Assembly (NCBI GenBank): GCA_964612815.1
Contig: CAZTCV010000001.1
Span: 392,885-456,884 of the forward strand
Length of the DNA stretch: 64,000 nucleotides
Origin: an uncultured Pelolinea sp.
Lineage (GTDB): Bacteria; Chloroflexota; Anaerolineae; Anaerolineales; Anaerolineaceae
Direction: 5' to 3'
In this document: positions 1 to 8,312 of the stretch, piece after piece
Layout of the letters: the number at the start of each line of letters is the position of its first letter
Position numbering within the stretch: position 1 is the stretch's first letter
Translations under genes and position numbers: made by a program
Notes under the pieces: generated by a model
Databases searched by the model: none
What the model saw: the letters and a program-made list of their open reading frames with translations, nothing else
Told to the model about the DNA's origin: nothing

Positions 1-1
1 G

Positions 2-592
2 GGGGATACACTGGTATCTCAGGCAACCATTATCGCACGGGAAGAGGCGTTAGCAGAGAAGATCCAGAGAGATTTAGCAGGTATGCACCCGATCTTTTTG
101 TGCGTGAAGGAAGGGGCGCGCTTTTTCTTTGATGATCTGTGCGCGCTGCTGGAAGCGGCGGAATATCCATTCCAGCGGGCGTATGTGAAAACGAGCAGTT
201 ACGCCGGCAACCTGAGCAGCGGCAAGGTGATGATTGACGGGTATCGCGGGCCAAGTGTGTACGGGCGCACGGTGGTGATCGTGGAGGATATTATCGACAC
301 CGCACTGACGGTGACAGCACTGGCGAATCATCTGCGGGAACAGGGCGCGGTGCGGGTGGAGACATGCGTGCTGCTTTTCAAGAAGCGGCCGATGAACCTG
401 TTGTGGCGCATGACCGGGCTGCGAAAGCGGTTTGGTTACCCACGCATCCGTTATGTGGGGAGTTTTATCGATAACCATTTTGTGGTGGGCAAGGGGCTGG
501 ATTATGATGATTATGGGCGGACGCATGAGGCGGTGTATAAACTGTTGACACAAGGCCAGGAATGGGTTGACCAGCAGAACAAGAAGGCGTAG
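2..592 (+). CDS. hpt: hypoxanthine/guanine phosphoribosyltransferase (5' end runs off the window)
   Basis: PRPP-binding motif VVIVEDIIDTALT. The frame stays open upstream of the listed Met back to nt 2 (…LVSQATIIAREEALAEKIQRDLAG-MHPIFLCVKEGARFF), matching the HPRT N-terminal region. Confidence 0.85.
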   Translation, partial: GDTLVSQATIIAREEALAEKIQRDLAGMHPIFLCVKEGARFFFDDLCALLEAAEYPFQRAYVKTSSYAGNLSSGKVMIDGYRGPSVYGRTVVIVEDIIDTALTVTALANHLREQGAVRVETCVLLFKKRPMNLLWRMTGLRKRFGYPRIRYVGSFIDNHFVVGKGLDYDDYGRTHEAVYKLLTQGQEWVDQQNKKA

Positions 593-593
593 A

Positions 594-1940
594 TCAGCTT
601 AATTGATCGGCAAGACCGATGTAATTGATGGGGGTTAAGGCGAGGAGTTCCTCTTTCACATCCTGATGGATGTCTAAACCATGAATGAACTGCATGATAT
701 CCTGGCTGGTGATCTGTTTTCCGCGGGAGAGCGCGAGCAGCTGTTCGTAAGCGTCGGGGATGCCTTCGCGGCGCAGGATGGTCTGGATGGCTTCTGTGAC
801 AACCTGCGGGTGCTGACTGAGGATGTGCGCGCACTTTTCTGAGTCCAATTGAATGATCGAAAGCCCTTTTTGCAGTGATTGAAATGCCAGCAGGGTATGA
901 CCCAGGGCAACGCCGATGTTGCGCATGAGGGTGCTGCCGGAGAGATCGCGCTGCAGGCGGGAAATGGGCAGGGTTTGCGAGAAGTGCATCAGGAGCGCGC
1001 TGGCGAGGCCAAGGTTGCCTTCGGCGTTCTCGAAGTGGATGGGGTTGACCTTATGGGGCATGGTGGAGGAGCCGATCTCGCCGGATTGCGCCGACTGCAC
1101 CAGCCAGCCATCGCTGATGTAACGCCAGATGTCACGGCAGAGATCAAGCAGGATGTTGTTCACTCCACGCAGATCATCGAAGAGATCCACGAGGGATTCG
1201 GGCGGATTGATCTGGGTGGTGAGAAGACTGGCGCGGAGGGGGATGGGGCGGTTGTGGTTGAAAGATGTGATGAAATCCTGTGAGAAGCGCACCCAATCCA
1301 CATGCGGATACGCAGTAGCAAGCGCACTGTAATTCCCCGTGGCTCCATTGAGTTTGGCGGTGAGCGAAGAGCGCTGCAGGGATTCGATGCGGTGCTGCAG
1401 GCGGGCATGAAAGACGCGCATTTCCTTGCCAAAGGTGGTGGGGGACGCGGGCTGGCCATGCGTGCGGGCGAGGATGGGCGCGGCACGGTATTGGCCAGAT
1501 AAATTTAACAATCGCTCATGGATGGCGTTTAGCGCGGGGAGAATGACCTGGGTGAGGGCATCCGAGAGCATGAGGGCATAGGCGATGTTGCTGGTGTCTT
1601 CTGAGGTGAGGCCAAAATGAATGAAAGGCGTGAGGCGGGAATCATTCAATTTTTCAATCAGGAAATATTCAAGCGCTTTGAGATCGTGGCTGGTTTTCTG
1701 CTCGATGGTTTTGATGCGCAAATAATCCTGCTGCGAGAGAAGGGCGGCGCTGTGGATGGTTTGCACTTCCCGGGCAGTGAGGGTGAAAGGTTTGACCGTT
1801 TCGATCAGCGCTGTGAGGTAACGCAGTTCAACTTCGGCGCGGTAGCTGAAGAAAGCGTGTTCGGAAAAGTAAGGCAGCAAGCCGCGGGTGGCATGGCGGT
1901 AGCGGTCATCCAGGGGGGAGAGCGCGTCTAAATATTCCAT
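594..1940 (-). CDS. purB: adenylosuccinate lyase
   Basis: 448 aa with the fumarate-lyase superfamily signature GSSTMPHKVNPIHFENAEGN. Length and N-terminus (LSPLDDRY) are typical of PurB. Confidence 0.95.
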   Translation of the reverse strand: MEYLDALSPLDDRYRHATRGLLPYFSEHAFFSYRAEVELRYLTALIETVKPFTLTAREVQTIHSAALLSQQDYLRIKTIEQKTSHDLKALEYFLIEKLNDSRLTPFIHFGLTSEDTSNIAYALMLSDALTQVILPALNAIHERLLNLSGQYRAAPILARTHGQPASPTTFGKEMRVFHARLQHRIESLQRSSLTAKLNGATGNYSALATAYPHVDWVRFSQDFITSFNHNRPIPLRASLLTTQINPPESLVDLFDDLRGVNNILLDLCRDIWRYISDGWLVQSAQSGEIGSSTMPHKVNPIHFENAEGNLGLASALLMHFSQTLPISRLQRDLSGSTLMRNIGVALGHTLLAFQSLQKGLSIIQLDSEKCAHILSQHPQVVTEAIQTILRREGIPDAYEQLLALSRGKQITSQDIMQFIHGLDIHQDVKEELLALTPINYIGLADQLS

Positions 1941-3394
1941 TTGATGTAATCCTCAATATCCGGGCCGGTGGTGACCATAACGAGCGGGGCGATGGCGTGA
2001 GAGAGGAATTGGATATAGCGCTGCGCCGCTTGCGGCAGGTCATCGATATTTTTGATGGATTTGACAGCCTGACCATCCCAGCCATCAAAGGCATGGGCAT
2101 GGGCGGATAAGCGGTCGAGATGGTCCTGATAGGGCATATAGGGCAGCTCTTCACCGGAAGCATGGTCGGTATAACGGGTGATGACGGAGATGGGCGTATC
2201 TGTGCGGGAGGCATCGAGGTGGGTGGCGACGGCAAAGCGATAGCCGGCGGCGCGGCGTAGGTATTGCGCGATGGGAATGGAGATGGGATAGATATCGCGC
2301 ACACGGCCGGTGGAGCGGCCCTTCTCATCGAAGGCCTGCTGAATCCATTGTTCTGTTTCGGCATCCTGATCGGCGGGGAGGCGGCGGGTGCCAACGCTGG
2401 ACATATAGGTGGCTTTGAGGACGGCAACACGGTAGTAGATATCTTCCGCGCGAATGATGTTATAAGTGGCATCGTTGATGTTATGCGACATGGGGCGGCT
2501 GGCGGTGACATCGGGATAGACGCCGTGGTACGGATCGAGGCCGGCACCCTGGGCGCCTTCGAAGGTGATGGGGACGGCAGGGTCATTCCAGGCGTCCTGC
2601 AGCAGCTGATAGACATGCGAAGAGGCGAAAGGGCGGATGCGCTCGCGCACACGCGCCAGGCGCTGGATGAAGGTGTTGACATCACCCACCGGCCGGGTCT
2701 TGCCCATTTCGGCGGATAAGGTGGTGACGTGCGTGGATGCGAGGGAGCGATCGGGAAAGCCGGCGATGAGGGCGTCGAAGAGGCGGTAGTGGTCGCGCAG
2801 AATATTTTCCCAATCATCGCTCAGCAAGTCACGCAGCATGATGGGGATACGCAGATAGTAACTGGCATAGGCGGTGGCAATGCCGCGTTTGGTCGCGCCA
2901 TGTCCGCCGGTTGAAAGGTCGTTGAGGGCGGATTCAAGCGCGCGGTGGGTATCGAGGGAGAGAACGACACGGTCATCGATCATGAGACGCGCAGGAAGCG
3001 CATCGTTGAATTGCGATTGGATGGTGTCGAGTTCAAAGAGGAGGTCTTCGGGATGGATGACCATGGCGCGGGAGATGAGGGCGGTGGCACCCGGGCAGAT
3101 GATGCCGGTGGGGACCTGGTGGGTGACGATGAGCTTGCCATGGAGATAGGTCTCGTGGCCCGCGTTGGCGCCGCCGTTGAAGCGGATCGAAAGCAGGTTG
3201 CGGTCCTGATTGAGAAGAACGTTGAATTTGGCAGTAACAGCACCTTTGCCGCTATCGCCGAAAAACGCGTCTTCGACCGCGATGACATTGGGGCGGAAGT
3301 TGTCGGGTGGATTGGAGAGAGCGTATTTTTGTGCATCGATTCGCCCGGCGGGCGCGGTTTGCGCTAAGATGTGTTGCAGCTGGTGTTCGTCCAT
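1928..3394 (-). CDS. purA: adenylosuccinate synthetase family protein, divergent long form (488 aa)
   Basis: P-loop-like FGDSGKGA (canonical GDEGKGK), GGANAGHE (GGxNAGHT), TKRGIATAY (TGRGIGPAY) and FEGAQGAGLDPYHGVYPDVTAS (FEGAQGxLLDxDxGTYPFVTSS). AAGGAG RBS before the ATG. Overlaps the purB start by 13 nt. Confidence 0.75.
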   Translation of the reverse strand: MDEHQLQHILAQTAPAGRIDAQKYALSNPPDNFRPNVIAVEDAFFGDSGKGAVTAKFNVLLNQDRNLLSIRFNGGANAGHETYLHGKLIVTHQVPTGIICPGATALISRAMVIHPEDLLFELDTIQSQFNDALPARLMIDDRVVLSLDTHRALESALNDLSTGGHGATKRGIATAYASYYLRIPIMLRDLLSDDWENILRDHYRLFDALIAGFPDRSLASTHVTTLSAEMGKTRPVGDVNTFIQRLARVRERIRPFASSHVYQLLQDAWNDPAVPITFEGAQGAGLDPYHGVYPDVTASRPMSHNINDATYNIIRAEDIYYRVAVLKATYMSSVGTRRLPADQDAETEQWIQQAFDEKGRSTGRVRDIYPISIPIAQYLRRAAGYRFAVATHLDASRTDTPISVITRYTDHASGEELPYMPYQDHLDRLSAHAHAFDGWDGQAVKSIKNIDDLPQAAQRYIQFLSHAIAPLVMVTTGPDIEDYIKWNI

Positions 3395-3445
3395 GGGTTC
3401 TCCTTGCTGATTGAATTGTACGATAAATCGCGTGAGTATTGGGAA

Positions 3446-3588
3446 GAAGGTGTTTAGATGATGGCTATTGTTGGGTTTCGTGCCTCAACCCAACCTACGA
3501 TAATGCGGTTGATAATCGTGGAGGGAGGAAGGTGTTTAGTTGATGGGTTGTTGTTGGGTTTCGTGTCTCAACCCAACCCAAGATAGTG
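3446..3588. repeat. two copies of a ~60 bp unit (3446-3505 and 3528-3588), each with a perfect 8-bp-stem hairpin GTTGGGTT-N9-AACCCAAC
   Basis: Direct comparison of GGAAGGTGTTTAG(A/T)TGATGG…TTGTTGGGTTTCGTG(C/T)CTCAACCCAACC…GATA(A/G)TG. Hairpins lie at 3470-3494 and 3553-3577. The element sits in the divergent intergenic region between the purA-like gene and a lipoprotein gene. Confidence 0.8.
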
Positions 3589-3747
3589 ATGGTACTGTCT
3601 GGAAAAACGGTGTTGTAAAAGAAAAAATTTATGCGATAATGGAAATTATTCAGCATCAATATCGTCAAATCAGATAGTAATTGTCAGATATATAACATTG
3701 ACGAAGGCATGCATAAAAAAAGAATTGTAGAAAAAAGAGGAGAAAAC

Positions 3748-4848
3748 ATGAAAGAGAAACGTAATTTGATTATCACCATTGTTGGCATTCTCTTAATGGT
3801 CACTGTCGCGTGCAATTTCAGTGCCAGCACTGCCAACGTCAAGAGCGCGTACACTGCCCGCATGGATAATGGCGAGGTGCAGCAGACCACTGTCTTTACA
3901 CAGGAAGATGTGTTCCTGAGTATCGTGGATGTTGCCAACGCGCCGGATGACACTATTACCAAAGCGATGTGGTACGCGGTGGACGCGGAAGGCGTTGAAC
4001 CCAACTTTTTCCTGGCTGAGGCACAGGTAGAGGGCGGGGGAGAACTAACCTTTGATCTATCCAATAATGATTTACTCTGGCCAGCTGGAAAATATAAAGT
4101 TGAGATCTACCTGAATGACGAACTCAACCAGACATTGCAATTCACTGTCGTTGGCAGCGTCAGCGCGGCACCAGTCGTTGACATGGCTGTTGCGGAAGAG
4201 ACGGATCCTGAAGTTATGGAAGACGATTATGATTTTTATTGCGGGGTTGAATCAGAATTTAAACCAGAATGGTCAACCATCGTGTGTGAGACATTTGATG
4301 ATAATTTCTACGGCTGGTACGAGGGTTATGACGATTCAGATCTTGCATCGGTAGAAGTTGGTCTACAGGATGGCAGATATGTTGTGGATGTGGTTGGCAA
4401 GGCAACCTCGGGTTATACCGGCGGGGTAATCAATTGGTTTGACCTGGCATACGCCACAAATTTTGTCGCGTCGGTTGATGGGCGCATTGTCAGCAAGAAC
4501 CGCGACGTGACCTGGGGATTCAATTTCTGGGGTGATGGGGATAATTTTTACTCATTCACGATCGGGAAAGAAGGACAGTATTTTATGGATGTCCTCCAGG
4601 ATGGCAGCTGGAAGCGGGTGATGAACGTGAAGACCAACAAGGCCATCGATTGGGATGACGCGACCAATAATCTAAGCATTGTGGCTGAAGATGGAGCCCT
4701 GACCTTCTATGTCAATGGAACGCGCGTTGATACCTATAAAAGCGAGCAGCAATATGGAAATTTGGTCTCCCTCTTTTTCAATGTGGCTGAGGGCGCCAGC
4801 GCGAAGTTCTATTTTGACAACGTACTGGTAAGGACGAACGACTTTTAG
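3748..4848 (+). CDS. putative secreted lipoprotein with a possible ConA/DUF1080-like C-terminal domain
   Basis: GGAG RBS then ATG at 3748, in frame with the listed 3709 start. Signal peptide plus lipobox (LLMVTVAC). The C-terminal part (…FYFDNVLVRTNDF) resembles lectin/glucanase-fold domains. Function unknown. Confidence 0.6.
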   Translation: MKEKRNLIITIVGILLMVTVACNFSASTANVKSAYTARMDNGEVQQTTVFTQEDVFLSIVDVANAPDDTITKAMWYAVDAEGVEPNFFLAEAQVEGGGELTFDLSNNDLLWPAGKYKVEIYLNDELNQTLQFTVVGSVSAAPVVDMAVAEETDPEVMEDDYDFYCGVESEFKPEWSTIVCETFDDNFYGWYEGYDDSDLASVEVGLQDGRYVVDVVGKATSGYTGGVINWFDLAYATNFVASVDGRIVSKNRDVTWGFNFWGDGDNFYSFTIGKEGQYFMDVLQDGSWKRVMNVKTNKAIDWDDATNNLSIVAEDGALTFYVNGTRVDTYKSEQQYGNLVSLFFNVAEGASAKFYFDNVLVRTNDF

Positions 4849-4957
4849 ATTCGGGTGAAAAATCAAGGAAAAAAAGCAACTGACCTTCAAGTCAGGATAT
4901 GATTGTATTTAAACGCGCTTGTCATGCCGCGCGGAATAAAAAAATCAGGAGAAGAAG

Positions 4958-5893
4958 ATGCAACCAAAACCTGTGATCATCGACTGTGATACCGGCACGG
5001 ATGACGCGATCGCGATCATCGCGGCGCTGTACAGCCCGGAACTGGACGTGCGCGCGTTCACGACTGTGGCGGGCAACGTGGATTTGGAATTCACCAGCCG
5101 CAACACGCTCAACCTGGTGCGTGAGCTGGGATTTGAGACGCCAGTGGCGGTAGGCGCAGAACGGCCGATCATCCGCGAAACGATCATCCATTCGGGTGAT
5201 CACACGCATGGAGATGAGGGGATGGGATGGCTGACGCTGAAAAAGACTGACGCGCCTTTTGACAGCCGGAACGCGGTGGAAACGATCTATGCCGAGGCGG
5301 TGGCGTGCGGAGGCGCGCTGGAACTGATACCGATCGGACCGCTGACGAATATCGCGCAGGCGATCATGGTCTATCCACAGCTAAAACAGCTGATCAAGCA
5401 GATCACATTCATGGGCGGGGCGATGTGGGGCGGGAACCTGACGACGACGGCGGAATTCAACATCTGGGCGGATCCGGAAGCGGCCAGGGTGGTGCTGGCG
5501 GCAGGGATCCCGCTGACGATGGTGGGGCTGGATGTGACGCTGAAGGCGGCGCTGAATCGCGAAGATACGGATGAGATCCGCGCGATGGGGACACGGGCGA
5601 GCGAGATCACAGCGGATATCCTGGAATTTATGCTGGAGCGCGTAAGCAAAGGGGGAGAGGACCTGCTGATGCATGACGCGCTGGCAGTGGGGGTGGCCAT
5701 CAACCCGGCGCTGGTGACGATGAATAAGTATTTCGTGGACTGTGAGATCCATGGGGAATATACATGCGGGCATACGTTTGTAGCGAACCGAAAATTATTC
5801 CGCAAGGAACCCAACTGCTGGGTGTGTGAAGAAATAGACCTACCGGCGTTCAAGGATTGGCTGAAGGGAGTGATCGGGCGCAGCAGGCGATAA
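4958..5893 (+). CDS. inosine/uridine-preferring nucleoside hydrolase family protein
   Basis: N-terminal signature IIDCDTGTDDAIAI (DxDxxxDD) and 311 aa length. AGGAG RBS. Confidence 0.9.
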   Translation: MQPKPVIIDCDTGTDDAIAIIAALYSPELDVRAFTTVAGNVDLEFTSRNTLNLVRELGFETPVAVGAERPIIRETIIHSGDHTHGDEGMGWLTLKKTDAPFDSRNAVETIYAEAVACGGALELIPIGPLTNIAQAIMVYPQLKQLIKQITFMGGAMWGGNLTTTAEFNIWADPEAARVVLAAGIPLTMVGLDVTLKAALNREDTDEIRAMGTRASEITADILEFMLERVSKGGEDLLMHDALAVGVAINPALVTMNKYFVDCEIHGEYTCGHTFVANRKLFRKEPNCWVCEEIDLPAFKDWLKGVIGRSRR

Positions 5894-5944
5894 ATATTAG
5901 TTTCACCTTGCGTGATGGATAGTGAGAGATTTTTGGAGGACGAG

Positions 5945-6649
5945 ATGGCCGATAAGGTTCCAACTTTCAACCGAAAAATGATCGTTTTCCGTTTTATATT
6001 TACCCTGGTTCTGATGGGGGTGGTATTGTTCCTATCCGCCGGCACGATTAACTGGTGGGAGGGCTGGGTATATATGGTCATCAGCCTTGCGATGCTTCTG
6101 GGGAGCCGACTTTTATTAATCATAAAGTTTCCTGAGGTCGCTGCGGAGAGAATGGAAGCCGGGCAGAAGGAAGACACGAAAGCATGGGACAAGGTGCTGG
6201 TGCCGCTGGTAGCGATCTACCTGCCGATGGCGGTGTGGGTTGTGGCTGGATTGGAAAAGCGTTTCGGGGTGCGGACGGGATTGCCGATATGGGCGCAAAT
6301 TCTTGCGTTTGCGGCGGCAGTGGCAGGCAGCATGTTCAGCAACTGGGCGATGTTCCATAATAAATTCTTTTCCTCGCATGTGCGCATCCAAAAAGACAGG
6401 GGGCACGCAGTGGTGAAGGATGGCCCATACGCTATCGTGCGGCACCCGGGTTATGCTGGAGGATTCGTGCATTTCCTCGCAACACCACTGGCGTTCAATT
6501 CTGTGTGGACATGGATCCCGATCGTCATTCTGATCACTGCATATGTGATCCGCATCATCAAAGAAGAAGCAACGCTGGTGGCAGAGTTGCCCGGTTATGA
6601 AGCATACACTGAGGAAGTCAAATACCGGTTGGTTCCAGGGGTGTGGTAG
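5945..6649 (+). CDS. isoprenylcysteine carboxyl methyltransferase (ICMT/PEMT-like) family membrane protein
   Basis: Multi-TM protein with VKDGPYAIVRHPGYAGGF, the characteristic ICMT-family motif. Start placed at the ATG behind GGAGG; the listed ORF starts at GTG 5912. Confidence 0.8.
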   Translation: MADKVPTFNRKMIVFRFIFTLVLMGVVLFLSAGTINWWEGWVYMVISLAMLLGSRLLLIIKFPEVAAERMEAGQKEDTKAWDKVLVPLVAIYLPMAVWVVAGLEKRFGVRTGLPIWAQILAFAAAVAGSMFSNWAMFHNKFFSSHVRIQKDRGHAVVKDGPYAIVRHPGYAGGFVHFLATPLAFNSVWTWIPIVILITAYVIRIIKEEATLVAELPGYEAYTEEVKYRLVPGVW

Positions 6650-6683
6650 ACGGAACACAACATCAGAATCTAAAGGAAAATAG

Positions 6684-6712
6684 AACGCGGCAGATTTCTC
6701 TGCCGCGTTTTT
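6684..6712. terminator. bidirectional intrinsic terminator between convergent genes
   Basis: AACGCGGCAGA-tttc-TCTGCCGCGTT: perfect 11 bp stem followed by a T-run. Confidence 0.75.
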
Positions 6713-6776
6713 GAACCATTGCGCCTCCTGCCGCATTACGCGTCCGCAATCCGGGGACCAGCGCGTTAGATGTATG

Positions 6777-8201
6777 CTATTTTTGCACGAGAACGAAGAG
6801 GGCACCTTCCGCGATGATGGTGGAGATGACGCCGTCTTCAACAACCACCTGTTGCTCGATCCACTGCCCATTCTGCCAGACGAGGATGGCGAGGTTCGCG
6901 GTATCCTGGTCTGCATCGAGATAGAAACCAACTTCGATCTCCTCACCAGCGGCAACATAAGTCTCGAAGGTCAGGCCATCGACAATATTGAGGGTGGATG
7001 CTTTGAGCAAGGTGGCGCCATCCGGAAGCGCGAAAGGAATTGTTTCCAGCGCTTCGAGGACGAGTGATGCCTCCTGGCCGCACAGGGCGGGGATGATGGC
7101 ATAGACTTCGCCTTCGATATTCAGTTTGGACTGTACTTCGCAGCTGAGGGGATAGAGCACGGAACCGGTGACGGGGATGATGGTGATGGTATCGCCAGTT
7201 TGAACGGCGGTCACAGGAATTGCCACAGCAGCGCTGCTGGAAGAAGATTTTTTGGCCTGATCGATGACATCGTCGACGACCGCTTTGTCGATCACAAGGT
7301 TGCGGATCTCGTGGATGTTGGTGGCGCTGGCAGTGGAAGCGGTGAAGCCAAATTTGACGGTCGCGGGGATGATGCCGGGGAGAAGAAGGTCTTTGAAGAG
7401 CTGTTCCGGTTCGGTATCCGCGCCAAACTGCATGGTGAGCGTGAGCGAGAATTGCTGCTCAACGGGGGTGAACATGATGGAGACGTTGCGATAATCTGAT
7501 CCAGTCTGATCCGGGCGTTCATTGGCATTGCGAATGTCGATCCCTTGCAGCAGCCGATTCGTTCCATCGATAAACTCGTATCCATCAAAACCATCGCCTG
7601 CGCCGCGGATAGAGACTGAATCCTGGGTGCGGCCATGTCCGCCATTGCGGCCTTCGCCTGCGTTAGAGAAATTTCCAAATTCGTCCAGTCCAATCCCGAC
7701 GACAGCATTGCTGAGGCCTTTGGTCACTTTGTGGCGGGGAGCGTAGCCAAGGGAGCCGCCATAACCACCGGGGTTGAATTCATCCATGGTGGTTTCGCCA
7801 TCCATGAGGAAGAAAGTGATGCCATCGGCACCGGACCCGCCCCATGAGGTGTAATCAAATGTAAAGGCGAGTCCATTGGCCGTATCGAGAGCTTTATCAT
7901 AGACCGCATAGCCGATCTCGTAGCTTTCATTATCTGTCAGGCGCAGCCAGCCATCGCCTTCGGGATCGGTCTGGCCATCGCCGGTCATTTCAGCATCACC
8001 GCCGAGGACCCAATCTTCGGGCGCCTGCGGGCCACTGAAATCCACTGTTTCGGTGTTTTCGTTATTCTGGAAGAGCTCGATCTGCGGTTCAGCAGGTGTG
8101 CCACCGGGAGCGTCATCCGCGAAAACGGCGGACAAGTTTGAGACCAATAATGCCAGGGTGATGATGAGGGTAAAAATTGTGTTCTTTTTCATTTTATTCA
8201 T
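6777..8201 (-). CDS. secreted protein with an N-terminal L-type (legume-like) lectin domain
   Basis: Signal peptide (TLIITLALLVSNLSAVFA). GLAFTFDYTSWGGSGADGITFFLMDG and GGSLGYA are typical of bacterial L-type lectin domains. The C-terminal ~170 aa are uncharacterised. Confidence 0.65.
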   Translation of the reverse strand: MNKMKKNTIFTLIITLALLVSNLSAVFADDAPGGTPAEPQIELFQNNENTETVDFSGPQAPEDWVLGGDAEMTGDGQTDPEGDGWLRLTDNESYEIGYAVYDKALDTANGLAFTFDYTSWGGSGADGITFFLMDGETTMDEFNPGGYGGSLGYAPRHKVTKGLSNAVVGIGLDEFGNFSNAGEGRNGGHGRTQDSVSIRGAGDGFDGYEFIDGTNRLLQGIDIRNANERPDQTGSDYRNVSIMFTPVEQQFSLTLTMQFGADTEPEQLFKDLLLPGIIPATVKFGFTASTASATNIHEIRNLVIDKAVVDDVIDQAKKSSSSSAAVAIPVTAVQTGDTITIIPVTGSVLYPLSCEVQSKLNIEGEVYAIIPALCGQEASLVLEALETIPFALPDGATLLKASTLNIVDGLTFETYVAAGEEIEVGFYLDADQDTANLAILVWQNGQWIEQQVVVEDGVISTIIAEGALFVLVQK

Positions 8202-8312
8202 ATTTCCTTTGGTTATTTGTATTTTTCTCCATCAGTTTATGAAATGAGCGTTAATTCATCGTTAAAAAAATCACTCCGTATGTATAATTATTGGCATTGA
8301 CAGGAGGAAGAG

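Noticed and set aside
1906-2817. 303 aa Pro/Ser/Ala-rich ORF on the minus strand, and other 60-150 aa ORFs overlapping purB and the purA-like gene.
   Set aside because: These are alternative frames of genes with unambiguous enzyme motifs. They show no RBS and have low-complexity composition.
3446-3588. Possibility that the hairpin repeats are a minimal CRISPR array.
   Set aside because: There are only two copies. The conserved unit (~60 bp) is longer than the variable spacing, no cas genes are nearby, and the repeats are not identical.
5371-6958. Long antisense ORFs (5371-6192, 273 aa; 6116-6958, 280 aa) spanning the nucleoside hydrolase, ICMT and terminator region.
   Set aside because: They cross gene boundaries and a strong terminator, lack motifs, and are antisense to well-supported CDS.
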